This document shows positions 48,089 through 58,070 of a stretch of DNA of 64,000 nucleotides, in pieces. Under the pieces are notes generated by a model, which saw only the letters and a program-made list of their open reading frames with translations, did not search any database and was not told where the DNA came from. Source of the DNA: an uncultured Bacteriovoracaceae bacterium (GTDB lineage: Bacteria > Bdellovibrionota > UBA1018 > UBA923). Each line of letters begins with the position of its first letter. Within the stretch, counting starts at the first letter, position 1. The DNA lies in NCBI GenBank assembly GCA_964572865.1, contig CAZNGN010000001.1, forward strand, positions 99,662 through 163,661, in the 5' to 3' direction. The position numbers and the translations under genes were made by a program.

Positions 48089-49946
48089 ACGGATTATAAA
48101 AGAAATGATGAAATTGTTAGCATTAACCATATTTATGACGATTGGTTACACCCAAATTGTATTTGGTGTTGAAGCTACGTTAGAAGTGAATCCTTCAGCT
48201 ACAGAAATGACTGAAGATGAAAATCTTTCGCTTGAATTTAAATCATCTGTAAATGAATACAATGGAGAAATTAGTAGTCCGCACTATGATGCTCCTGATT
48301 TTGATGAGATTAATTCAATCGGAACAATGACGGGAGTAGAGTCATCTTTTATTAATGGCTCAATTTCAGTTAAACGAACCCAAAGTACAACGTTTGTGTT
48401 GCATCCCAAAAAATCAGGCAAATTAAAAATTACAAATATTTATGTGATGATCAATAACCAAAAAGTAAAAGCCCCAGATCTTGTGATTGACGTTGCCCCA
48501 ACAGGGAGTGCTCGAAAAAATCGGGCACCGTATCCGTCACAAGGTATACAAAGCCAACTGCCTTCGGCTGGTACAAAGCCTTCACAAAATACAAATTCAT
48601 TTTTTATTAAAACGGAGCCAAGCAAACTAAAAGTATATAAAGGTGAGCAAATTATTTTAACGTATGCATTGTACACACAGGTTCCCATTTTAGGTGTACA
48701 AGTAGAAAGATATCCTACGGTACCTGGATTTTTAAAAGAAGATTTAGATATTTTTATTTTAAATCAACAATTTCGATTTTCTCGAAGTGTAGTAGGTGGA
48801 AAAGAATATAATCGCGCTCCGTTAGCTCAATATGCAATTTTTCCTTTGAAAGAAGGGCAGCTTACGATCGATCCCTTAGAAGGAAAGTTTTCATATCGGG
48901 CAAGAAATGCTCGCCCAGGCTTTGACGATGATGATGCAAGCAGCATTATCAATCAGTTTTTTAATAGCATACAAACTTCGACGGTTTCAAAAGCTTCTGA
49001 TCGAGTGAACATAGAAGTGTTGCCATTGCCTGCGGCCGGACAGCCTAAAAATTTTACAGGATTAGTAGGTGACTTTGAGATTACTGTCGCTGTCGATAAA
49101 TATACTTTAAAAGAAGGCGAACCTTTGAATGTAAAAGTAAAAGTAGAAGGCAAGGGACATGCTGGATCACTTGAACATTTAAATATTGAATGGCCTCAAG
49201 ATTTTGAAGTTTACGAAGATAAGTCGTCAACTCAATATAATCGAACGGGCAGATCAGAAAGAATTTTTGATATTATGCTTGTTCCTAAAACAAAGGGAAA
49301 ATATCAAATTCCAGCAATTGATTTGTCGATGTTTAATCCAGATACAAAATCATATGTCGTACGAAAATCGCAACCGATTTCAATTGAGGTCTTAGAAGGA
49401 ATTCCAGGACAAGTTTATGTTCCCAATAAATCAAAACCAACTGTGACGGCAGATACACCTAAATTAGAAGCCAAAGCTTGGCTCACAGAAGCGGATGCTC
49501 AATTAGAACCAAAATCAAATAATTCATTTTTGGGATGGTTATTAGGAGTTGCATCTATCTTTGGTCTTTTGTTTTCGTACATTCAATTGAAAAGCAAAAT
49601 TTCAAATCGATTTGGTAAAAATAAAAAAGTAATTGGTAAAAAAGAAGTTTTAGAAAAAGCTCAAGCATTACTTAAAATCGATACAGATCCTTCTGAAAAG
49701 CTGGCTACTGCGCAGCTCATCATTTCTGAAATCTTAAAAGTTCAATTTGATATAGAAATAGGTTCTTTAATTCGTTCTGAAGTAAAACAGGCCTTAGAGT
49801 CTAAAAACGTGAATACGCAAACGATTGATTTGATCACCTCTCTTTTAGAAAGGTGCGAAAACTTTAGATTTGTTCCCGGTGGTGCGCAACCTCAAGCTGC
49901 CAGAGTCGTTGTTGAAGAGCTAATTACAATCATAAATAAGCTATAA
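48078..49946 (+). CDS. BatD-like (oxygen-tolerance family) large periplasmic protein with C-terminal TM anchor
   Basis: N-terminal signal/TM segment, ~470-aa beta-rich region, then TM WLLGVASIFGLLFSYIQL and a cytoplasmic tail. Last gene of the overlapping operon. Confidence 0.5.
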   Translation: MQYKRIIKEMMKLLALTIFMTIGYTQIVFGVEATLEVNPSATEMTEDENLSLEFKSSVNEYNGEISSPHYDAPDFDEINSIGTMTGVESSFINGSISVKRTQSTTFVLHPKKSGKLKITNIYVMINNQKVKAPDLVIDVAPTGSARKNRAPYPSQGIQSQLPSAGTKPSQNTNSFFIKTEPSKLKVYKGEQIILTYALYTQVPILGVQVERYPTVPGFLKEDLDIFILNQQFRFSRSVVGGKEYNRAPLAQYAIFPLKEGQLTIDPLEGKFSYRARNARPGFDDDDASSIINQFFNSIQTSTVSKASDRVNIEVLPLPAAGQPKNFTGLVGDFEITVAVDKYTLKEGEPLNVKVKVEGKGHAGSLEHLNIEWPQDFEVYEDKSSTQYNRTGRSERIFDIMLVPKTKGKYQIPAIDLSMFNPDTKSYVVRKSQPISIEVLEGIPGQVYVPNKSKPTVTADTPKLEAKAWLTEADAQLEPKSNNSFLGWLLGVASIFGLLFSYIQLKSKISNRFGKNKKVIGKKEVLEKAQALLKIDTDPSEKLATAQLIISEILKVQFDIEIGSLIRSEVKQALESKNVNTQTIDLITSLLERCENFRFVPGGAQPQAARVVVEELITIINKL

Positions 49947-50063
49947 AATTACTCGGAATTTATACTGTTTTGTTTAAAGTTTATTTTCGCAACCCCTTGT
50001 TGAAACCTATAATTTTCTTTAATCTGATTAAAGCTTGAAACCAAATAAGGGAGGGCCACAAGC

Positions 50064-52286
50064 ATGAACTCGTCCAATTCACGTTATGAAGCCATTCGTT
50101 TAGTAGACTCACGTCATCCGCGCCGTTTTGAAATGCCAAAAGATGAAAACGGAAATCCGTTAAAAGTTTCTGAATATTTCGGAATCAACACATTTAATCC
50201 AATTTCAATGAAAGATAAATTTCCAAAAGATGTTTATCAAAAACTTCTCAACACAATTGAGACAGGAAAAAAATTAGACAAAGACACCGCAAATACAATT
50301 GCTCACGTAATTAAAGAATGGGCAATGCAAAATGGAGTAAGTCACTTTTGTCATTGGTTTCAACCTCAAACAGGTTTGACTGCAGAAAAGCATGATGCCT
50401 TTATTTCATTTGATGATCATGGCAAAGCGATCGAAAAATTTTCAGGCGGACAGTTAATTCAATCAGAACCAGATGCTTCGAGTTTTCCGTCAGGTGGAAT
50501 GAGAACAACATTTGAAGCACGCGGATATACAGCGTGGGATCCTTCTTCGCCCATTTTCATTATGGAAGGTCCAAATGGAAAAACTTTATGTATTCCTTCT
50601 GTGTTTATTTCATATCACGGAGATGCATTAGACGAGAAAACTCCGCTTTTGCGTTCTATGGAAAAATTAAGTGGCAAAGCTTGTGAATTATTACATGCCA
50701 TGGGTTACAAGGGTGCTAAAAAAGTTGTTTCTACAATGGGACCTGAACAAGAGTACTTTTTAATCGATCGTGCTTTTTATAATTTGCGTCCAGATTTAAT
50801 TATGACAGGTCGTACATTGATCGGAAGCCAACCTCCGCGTGGACAACAATTAGAAGACCATTATTTCGGAAGTATTTCTCAACGAGTGCAAGCATATATG
50901 CAAGAAGTTGAGTTTGAATTGTTTCGTTTAGGTGTTCCTGCAAAAACGAGACACAACGAAGTGGCTCCTTCTCAATATGAAACCGCTCCGATTTTTGAAG
51001 AATCAAATGTGGCTTCAGATCATAACCAACTTGTGATGGAAGTGATGAGAAAAGTTGCTTACAGACATCATTTTGCACTATTATTACATGAAAAACCTTT
51101 TGCTGGTATCAATGGATCAGGTAAACACTGTAACTGGTCTATGGCTGTTGAAGGTGATGATATTGAAGATGCAAATCTTTTAGAGCCTGGTAAAACTCCA
51201 CAAACGAACATTCGTTTTTTAATGATGTTAGCGGCAGTATTAAAAGGTGTATACAAACATTCAGGATTAATGAGAGCAGCAATTGCAATGCCAGGAAATG
51301 ATCATAGATTGGGTGCAAACGAAGCTCCTCCTGCAATCATTTCAGCTTTCTTAGGCCAGCAATTAACTGAAATTTGTCAAAAATTAGAATCAGGTACAAA
51401 TTTTGATAAAAATGCTGAAGAAACTGTAATTAGTTTGGGTGTTTCTAAAATTCCATCTGTTTCAAAAGACAATACAGATCGAAATAGAACTTCTCCATTT
51501 GCTTTCACTGGAAATAAGTTTGAATTCAGAGCTGTAGGTTCAAGCATGCCGATTTCTTTTCCGGTAACTGTTGTAAATGCTGCAGTTGCTGAAGCAATGG
51601 GTGAAATGACAGAAGAATTAAAGAAGAAAGTAAAATCTGGAAAGAAAACGGATGTCGCTTGTTTAGAGTTAATTAAAGAAACTTTAGTTGCTTCTCGTAA
51701 CATTCGATTCGAAGGAAACAATTATTCAGACCAATGGGTTCGCGAAGCTGAAAACAGAGGCTTACCAAATTTAAGAAAAGCTCCTGATGCAATTGAACAA
51801 TTATTGGTTCCTACTTCAAAAACATTATTCACAGGACTTGGAATATTAACTGAACAAGAACTTCATTCTCGTTATCATGTAATGATTGAAGGATATGTGA
51901 AAAAGTTAATGATTGAAGTAAGCGCGTTGGGCACATTGGTTGATACGTATGTGATTCCAGCTGCTACCAAAGAACAATATCAATTGGCACACTCTATTCA
52001 TGCAACACAACAAACATCTCGCGATGCGGATGTGGGTGCACAGATTAAGAGATTAAATGCATTGTCAGCCACTATCAGTGCAACAATTGATAAGCGTAAA
52101 CAATTGTCTGATTTAAGTACAAAAATCAATGGACTTTCAGAAGAAGCAGAGAAAGCTCATAAGCTTTCTCTTGATGCTTCTGATTTGATGGTCGAAGTAC
52201 GTAAGTGTTGCGACCAGCTTGAAGATATGGTGAGCGATGAGTTCTGGCCAATGCCAAAATATCGCGAAATGCTATTTATATCTTAA
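50064..52286 (+). CDS. glnN: Glutamine synthetase type III
   Basis: 740 aa. N-terminal ...FEMPKDENGNPLKVSEYFGINTFNPISMKDKFPKDVYQKL resembles the GSIII N-terminus; central catalytic region with GS-type motifs (NGSGKHCNWS). Far longer than GSI. Confidence 0.85.
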   Translation: MNSSNSRYEAIRLVDSRHPRRFEMPKDENGNPLKVSEYFGINTFNPISMKDKFPKDVYQKLLNTIETGKKLDKDTANTIAHVIKEWAMQNGVSHFCHWFQPQTGLTAEKHDAFISFDDHGKAIEKFSGGQLIQSEPDASSFPSGGMRTTFEARGYTAWDPSSPIFIMEGPNGKTLCIPSVFISYHGDALDEKTPLLRSMEKLSGKACELLHAMGYKGAKKVVSTMGPEQEYFLIDRAFYNLRPDLIMTGRTLIGSQPPRGQQLEDHYFGSISQRVQAYMQEVEFELFRLGVPAKTRHNEVAPSQYETAPIFEESNVASDHNQLVMEVMRKVAYRHHFALLLHEKPFAGINGSGKHCNWSMAVEGDDIEDANLLEPGKTPQTNIRFLMMLAAVLKGVYKHSGLMRAAIAMPGNDHRLGANEAPPAIISAFLGQQLTEICQKLESGTNFDKNAEETVISLGVSKIPSVSKDNTDRNRTSPFAFTGNKFEFRAVGSSMPISFPVTVVNAAVAEAMGEMTEELKKKVKSGKKTDVACLELIKETLVASRNIRFEGNNYSDQWVREAENRGLPNLRKAPDAIEQLLVPTSKTLFTGLGILTEQELHSRYHVMIEGYVKKLMIEVSALGTLVDTYVIPAATKEQYQLAHSIHATQQTSRDADVGAQIKRLNALSATISATIDKRKQLSDLSTKINGLSEEAEKAHKLSLDASDLMVEVRKCCDQLEDMVSDEFWPMPKYREMLFIS

Positions 52287-53051
52287 TTAATATTTAATCC
52301 AATTGATTTTACTTTCATGTCCTGCGGCATCTACTGCAGCAATGCCTACATATGCACCAACAAAGCTTGAGAGTGATGCGCTTGTAGTTGATGCTGGGTA
52401 CTCTGTTCCAGTATTGTAATTTGTAAAACCAATGTCATCCATTGTTCCCGATTGATTAAATATATTACGATATGATCCGGCGTAGACTCTATACTTAATG
52501 GCACCTGTTATAGATGACCAAGCTAAATTAAGTGATTTCAGTTGGCCTGCATTTTTACCTTTAGTGACATAAACGGCGTTAGCAGATAATTGAGGTGAAA
52601 GAATTCCTGATTCAACACCAAACGCAACTGGTGATTCCATACTTGGCCCAGAACTATTTCCGGTATGAACAAATACTTCTTCAAACATGACGGATCTAGT
52701 GCCATCACCTTTTAATTGCAATGTGAATGTAATGGTTGCACCTGCTGGATATGTTCCTAAGCTAATTGAATCAGTTAAGCCGCTTCCATTATTTGTGACT
52801 GATTTCATTGGGCCACCGTTTACACCAAACCCAATAAATCCTGGAGAATTTTTAGTTAAGTAGACGACAGCATCTCTTGGCTCAGAATTTGGATTTGTAG
52901 TTGTACATGTAACTTGAGATGTAGTTCCTAATGGTGCGGGGTCTGCTTGATATCGACAACTATCTGTTACAGCACTGCCACCTGCAAAAGCAAAATTAGA
53001 AATTGTTAAAATTGATAACGTGCTTAAAAAAAGAATGATTTTATTTTTCAT
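52287..53051 (-). CDS. Secreted protein with C-terminal fibronectin type III-like domain
   Basis: Start at the ATG preceded by GGGAGGTTAT. Signal peptide MKNKIILFLSTLSILTISNFAFA. C-terminal LNLAWSSITGAIKYRVYAGS fits the FN3 W...Y.VY pattern. Confidence 0.45.
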   Translation of the reverse strand: MKNKIILFLSTLSILTISNFAFAGGSAVTDSCRYQADPAPLGTTSQVTCTTTNPNSEPRDAVVYLTKNSPGFIGFGVNGGPMKSVTNNGSGLTDSISLGTYPAGATITFTLQLKGDGTRSVMFEEVFVHTGNSSGPSMESPVAFGVESGILSPQLSANAVYVTKGKNAGQLKSLNLAWSSITGAIKYRVYAGSYRNIFNQSGTMDDIGFTNYNTGTEYPASTTSASLSSFVGAYVGIAAVDAAGHESKINWIKY

Positions 53052-53220
53052 ATAACCTCCCAAATAAAAACTCACCTTGTAGGATAGACGATTGATTACA
53101 ACTAAAAGTTTCAATTTTGGTTAACTCTGTGAATACTCAATAATATTATGCACTTGCGTAGATTGGTATTTAAATAGAGAATGATTTTTAAGTAGTATCA
53201 ACTATTTAGGAGACCTTTAT

Positions 53221-54348
53221 ATGAAATACATCTCACGAGTCCTAATTTTGTTGTCTATATATATATTAGGGATTTCACCTGTATTTGCTCAAACTAAAAA
53301 AGTAGTGAAGAAAAAAACAGCTCCAGTTGCAACACAAGTGAAACGATCTACTCCTAAACCGCCGCCAGCAGTTCCTGCATTTCAAAGCAATGCGAACAAT
53401 GCATTTTTTCCAACAGCAACAAATGATCAAGAAAATGATGAATATTTGACCGCATCTAAATATAGAATTTCAGATGCGTCTTTTATCGTATTACCAAAGC
53501 AAAAATTTGTTCGTTACTCTGTAATGTTTAGACCTGATCGCACTGAAAGAATGATGAACGATAAAGGCTTTACAATGACAACAATCACTCAAACATTTTG
53601 GAATTTTCAAGCAGATGGTGAATATGGATTGACTCCAAACTTAAGAGTGGGAGCAATCATTAATTGGCAAATTTATGGTTCACAATATTTAAAAGTGGCA
53701 GGACTACAAGAAAGTTATTCTTCAAAAGCTGGATTTCAAGATCCGGATTTAAAAGCTGTGTATCGTTTGATGGATTCAAAAAATTCAAGTTTTAATTCAG
53801 ACTTTTCATTGCATTTTATTCCCAGTTTGGGAACTGCAAAAGCCGCCCTTGCTGACCAAGTGGGAAATGCAATTTATGGTGGCAATCAAGTAATGTTTGG
53901 TTTGAATGCAATTATTCCTGATCCTAATTTTGAGTGGATTTTTTCTGGAACAGGTCATTTTTTAAGTAAAGCAGACGTTGAAGGATCAAGTGCTGCTACA
54001 TCATATGATATTGATTCACACTTTCGATATTGGTTTGATGCTACGTTGAGAAAACATTTTTTAGTGAGATATTTTGCTGATCTTACTTTAGAAGCTAGAA
54101 TGCCATATTCAACAAATACAAATTATCATGGCGCGACCGCAGTGACTTATTACCAAGAAGTTCCGCTACATATTGTTCCTAAAATTCAAGTAGCAAAAGA
54201 ATTGTCTTCTGAAGGAATGGTTCGTGTAGGATATCGTTATGAAGGATATATTACAGACGATAAAAATAAAATTGGTGTAGCGGCAACCCCAAGACAAACT
54301 TCTATTTCAGAAGGTTCACTTTTTGCTGAATTAGATTTGTTGTATTAA
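53221..54348 (+). CDS. Putative outer-membrane beta-barrel protein
   Basis: Signal peptide MKYISRVLILLSIYILGISPVFAQ; amphipathic beta-strand pattern; C-terminus ...SLFAELDLLY ends in an aromatic residue. Confidence 0.4.
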   Translation: MKYISRVLILLSIYILGISPVFAQTKKVVKKKTAPVATQVKRSTPKPPPAVPAFQSNANNAFFPTATNDQENDEYLTASKYRISDASFIVLPKQKFVRYSVMFRPDRTERMMNDKGFTMTTITQTFWNFQADGEYGLTPNLRVGAIINWQIYGSQYLKVAGLQESYSSKAGFQDPDLKAVYRLMDSKNSSFNSDFSLHFIPSLGTAKAALADQVGNAIYGGNQVMFGLNAIIPDPNFEWIFSGTGHFLSKADVEGSSAATSYDIDSHFRYWFDATLRKHFLVRYFADLTLEARMPYSTNTNYHGATAVTYYQEVPLHIVPKIQVAKELSSEGMVRVGYRYEGYITDDKNKIGVAATPRQTSISEGSLFAELDLLY

Positions 54349-55059
54349 TTACCAGTCGATTTGTTCTTTATCTCGGTAAAATCCGCCAGTTTGGTCTGAA
54401 GATTCTGGAAGTGTAGCAAGCCACAAAATAGTTTCAGCACCTTTCATGACTGATCTGTCAGCACCAGGGCCGCCCATATCTGTTTTGACCCAACCTGGAC
54501 AAACTGAGTTTACGAGTACACCTGTTCCGATTGTTTCATCTGCAAAAATTCTAGTTACAGTATTAATTGCAGTTTTTGAAATTCGATATCCAGGAACTCC
54601 ACCATTCATGTCAGAGAGTTGGCCCATTCCAGAAGAAACGTTTACGACACGTCCAAATTTATTTTTCATCATGAGAGGGATCAATGCTTGGCACATTAAA
54701 AAGGTTCCCATCGTATTGGTTTTGAAAGTGTCATAAATAGTTTTTGATTTTGCATCAAATGCTGAAGTATATCCTGCGGTTCCAGAACCAGTGTCTAAGA
54801 AAACGCCGGCATTATTTACAAGCACATCCAGTCTTCCAAATTCTTGTTCAATATATTTTGCTAAAGTTTTGATGGCATTTTCATCAGTTACATCGAGAGG
54901 CATGAAAATAATATTTTTACCGGCACGTTGAGCAGCAGCTTTACCTTTTGCTTCGTCACGTGCGGTGAGAATTACTTTGTAGCCAAGTTGTCCAAGCTCG
55001 CGAGCGACTTCGTATCCGATTCCTTTATTTGCTCCTGTAACAAGTGCTATTTTTTGCAT
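54349..55059 (-). CDS. Short-chain dehydrogenase/reductase (SDR), carbonyl-reductase-like
   Basis: TGANKGIGYEVAR (TGxxxGIG Rossmann motif), NNAG, and the catalytic Y-x3-K (YRISKTAIN). Confidence 0.85.
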   Translation of the reverse strand: MQKIALVTGANKGIGYEVARELGQLGYKVILTARDEAKGKAAAQRAGKNIIFMPLDVTDENAIKTLAKYIEQEFGRLDVLVNNAGVFLDTGSGTAGYTSAFDAKSKTIYDTFKTNTMGTFLMCQALIPLMMKNKFGRVVNVSSGMGQLSDMNGGVPGYRISKTAINTVTRIFADETIGTGVLVNSVCPGWVKTDMGGPGADRSVMKGAETILWLATLPESSDQTGGFYRDKEQIDW

Positions 55060-55163
55060 ATGAAAATGAGTTTAGCTCATTTTTAAAGAAAAGCACGTAT
55101 GACGCAAGGCGCTCTTTTGGGCAAATTATTGAATGTGAGTGGGGGGCGTGTTACATCGTTTAA

Positions 55164-57464
55164 ATGTTAGATGGATTAAATGATCAACAAAGATTAGGCG
55201 CCGAAACGACCGAAGGTCCAGTGTTAGTGATTGCAGGAGCAGGCTCTGGCAAAACCAAAATGCTCACCTCACGAATCGTAAACTTGATGGCAAATCACAA
55301 TGTTCACGGTCACCATATTTTAGCAGTGACGTTTACAAATAAAGCTGCTGAAGAAATGCGAAACAGAATTTCATTAGCGTTAGGATTAGATCCAGCGTCG
55401 ATGAGACCGAATCCCTTTTATCAAAGTTCAAATTTAGATTACGCAATACCGGCATCCGCACATTTTACACAACCAATGATCGGAACCTTTCATTCGGTTT
55501 GTTCGCGAATTTTACGTCGTGAAATAGATCGTACTCCGTTTACAAAACAGTTTGTCATTTATGATGATTCAGACCAATTGACGCTCGTGAAAGATTGTTT
55601 TGCAAAATTAGGAATCAATGACAAATCGTTTTCACCAAAAAGTTTTCAGTGGGCTATCAATACCGCAAAATGTAATGCACAAGAACCGCAAGACATGCAG
55701 GCCGATAGTTTTGATTATTTCACTAAAAATATGGTGAAAGTCTATGCCCTTTATCAACAAGAATTATTCAAAAATAATGCTTTAGATTTTGGCGAAATGA
55801 TTACACTTACGTATCGCTTACTTCGCGATAACAAAGATCTTTTAGAAAAATATCAAAACTTATACCGATATATTCACGTGGATGAGTACCAAGATACGAA
55901 TCGTGCACAATATCTATTGGTGAATTTACTAGCCTCAATACATCAAAATATTTGTGTGGTAGGTGATGAAGACCAGTCTATTTATTCTTGGCGTGGAGCA
56001 GATATTAAAAATATTTTAGATTTTGAAAAAGATTATCCTGATGCAAAAGTTATTAAACTTGAACAAAACTATCGTTCCACTCAAACAATCATTAAAGCTA
56101 GTTCACAGTTGATTTCATTTAATAATGCCCGAAAACATAAAACGCTTTGGACAGATAATGAGAAAGGTACATTGATCAAACGCTTTCAAGTTTCAGATGA
56201 ACGAGCTGAAGCGGAGCTGATTGCCGGATCCATTAAACATGCATGCGAATCACAAGGCTTTGCATTTACAGACGTTGCTTTATTTTACCGCACAAATGCG
56301 CAATCTCGTATTTTTGAAGATATTTTTAGAAGAGAGCGAATTCCGTATCAAATCGTGGGGGGATTGAGATTCTACGATCGAAAAGAAATTAAAGATGTGA
56401 TGGCGTATTTTAGAGTTTTGGTAAATCCAGAAGATTCTGTAAGTTTTCGAAGAATCATCAACGTACCAGCACGAGGAATCGGAAAAACCACAGTTGATAA
56501 AGTTGAAGAACTTGGATTTCGCGATGGATTGACTTTTGAGCAAGCTATTAAAAATGCGATTGCTGGAGATGAATTTACCGCAGCTCCAAAGAAAAAATTA
56601 TCTGAATTTTTAAAATTACTCGGCGACTTACGAAAGCTCATGACCGAAAAATCGTTAGAAGAATTTTATCATGAATTAATGGATCGCACAGGTTATGTAA
56701 ATGAATTGAAAACCGAAGGTACTGAAGAATCTTTGGCTCGAATTGAAAACTTACAAGAATTAAATTCTATATTGCAAGAATTCGGACATTCTGAGCTGAT
56801 GTGTGATCAAACGCTTCCGGTTTTTTTAGAAAATGTTGCGTTGGTGGGAGAAAAAGCTGCAGAAGAATCTGTCACAGGCAATGTATCTATGATGACGTTG
56901 CACACTTCGAAAGGCCTAGAGTTTCCATTGGTATTTATGGTTGGTATGGAAGAGGGATTGTTTCCAAGTATACGTGAAGATGATGTTAGTTCAGAAGAAA
57001 TTGAACTCGAAGAAGAACGAAGACTTTGCTATGTCGGAATGACCAGAGCTGAAAAAGAATTGGTTATGACTCATGCGGTTTGCAGAAGAATTTATGGAAA
57101 TATTATTTACAATGAACCAGCACGATTTTTTAATGAAATTCCTGCAGAATTAATTGAGTACAAAGACCTTGCTCGTTTCAATCGATATTCGAGCTTACAG
57201 TCTGATAATGAAGAAAATACAATGTGGTCTGATCCAGTTCGTTCACAACGAATGAATCATAACAGTGGAAGTACAATGCAGCTTGCAACAGGACCTGCAA
57301 ATTCTCCGGTTGGAAAACGAGTTCGCCATCAAATTTATGGCGAAGGTGTGATAAAGGGTTTTGAAGGAAATCCCACTTCACAAGATTCGAAAGTTACGAT
57401 TGAATTTGCAGGTCGAATGACTAAAAAGTTTATTTTGAAATTTGCAAATTTAGAATATCTATAA
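55164..57464 (+). CDS. uvrD: UvrD/PcrA/Rep-family ATP-dependent DNA helicase
   Basis: Walker A AGAGSGKTKMLTSRIV; motifs TFTNKAAEEM, VDEYQDTN and the C-terminal domain LHTSKGLEFPLVF. Confidence 0.9.
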   Translation: MLDGLNDQQRLGAETTEGPVLVIAGAGSGKTKMLTSRIVNLMANHNVHGHHILAVTFTNKAAEEMRNRISLALGLDPASMRPNPFYQSSNLDYAIPASAHFTQPMIGTFHSVCSRILRREIDRTPFTKQFVIYDDSDQLTLVKDCFAKLGINDKSFSPKSFQWAINTAKCNAQEPQDMQADSFDYFTKNMVKVYALYQQELFKNNALDFGEMITLTYRLLRDNKDLLEKYQNLYRYIHVDEYQDTNRAQYLLVNLLASIHQNICVVGDEDQSIYSWRGADIKNILDFEKDYPDAKVIKLEQNYRSTQTIIKASSQLISFNNARKHKTLWTDNEKGTLIKRFQVSDERAEAELIAGSIKHACESQGFAFTDVALFYRTNAQSRIFEDIFRRERIPYQIVGGLRFYDRKEIKDVMAYFRVLVNPEDSVSFRRIINVPARGIGKTTVDKVEELGFRDGLTFEQAIKNAIAGDEFTAAPKKKLSEFLKLLGDLRKLMTEKSLEEFYHELMDRTGYVNELKTEGTEESLARIENLQELNSILQEFGHSELMCDQTLPVFLENVALVGEKAAEESVTGNVSMMTLHTSKGLEFPLVFMVGMEEGLFPSIREDDVSSEEIELEEERRLCYVGMTRAEKELVMTHAVCRRIYGNIIYNEPARFFNEIPAELIEYKDLARFNRYSSLQSDNEENTMWSDPVRSQRMNHNSGSTMQLATGPANSPVGKRVRHQIYGEGVIKGFEGNPTSQDSKVTIEFAGRMTKKFILKFANLEYL

Positions 57465-57467
57465 ATT

Positions 57468-58070
57468 ATGACTGAGCTCAATCAAAACCAAAATCAAGAA
57501 CCGAAATTAGAAAAACCGGGTGCGGGAATTCCATTTTTAGAGCGAATGGTTTTGCGTTTTTATTATGGCCCGTTCGTGGCCAATAAATCTGAGTGGAAAG
57601 ATTCAAGAGTACGCTTTGAAAAGTTGACGACAAAAGTTCTACAAATCATTGAAGGTTTAAGTGATGAACAACTTTCAAAGAAGATTTTAGTTCCTCCGCA
57701 AAAAGGGTTAGAAGATAGTTCTCGTTATTGGTCAATTGCAATGACGTTAGAACATATTGTAATTGTATCTCGAGGAATAGAGCGAATATTAGAAGGTCTT
57801 ACTTCTGGTAAAAAATTAAATCTGGTATTTAGTATTGCAGATGTAAAACCACCCGGAAAAGTTTCTGCTCAGGAATCACTAAAAATGTTTAGAAACTTAA
57901 AAGAAAATCTACTTAACGACTTAGATCAAAAAATGAAAGATTTAGAGAGCCCTATGAAGCAGTTTCACCCTTGGATGGGAATGATCAATGCTCGTCAGTG
58001 GTATTGGTTGCTTGGAGTTCACGTGGGAATTCATCTAAAACAAATCATAGAGATTAAAAAACAGTTATGA
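57468..58070 (+). CDS. Hypothetical protein, possibly DinB/YfiT-like helical bundle
   Basis: 200 aa, helical; scattered His residues (TLEHIV..., GVHVGIHLKQI) compatible with a DinB_2-type metal site. Weak call. Confidence 0.35.
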   Translation: MTELNQNQNQEPKLEKPGAGIPFLERMVLRFYYGPFVANKSEWKDSRVRFEKLTTKVLQIIEGLSDEQLSKKILVPPQKGLEDSSRYWSIAMTLEHIVIVSRGIERILEGLTSGKKLNLVFSIADVKPPGKVSAQESLKMFRNLKENLLNDLDQKMKDLESPMKQFHPWMGMINARQWYWLLGVHVGIHLKQIIEIKKQL

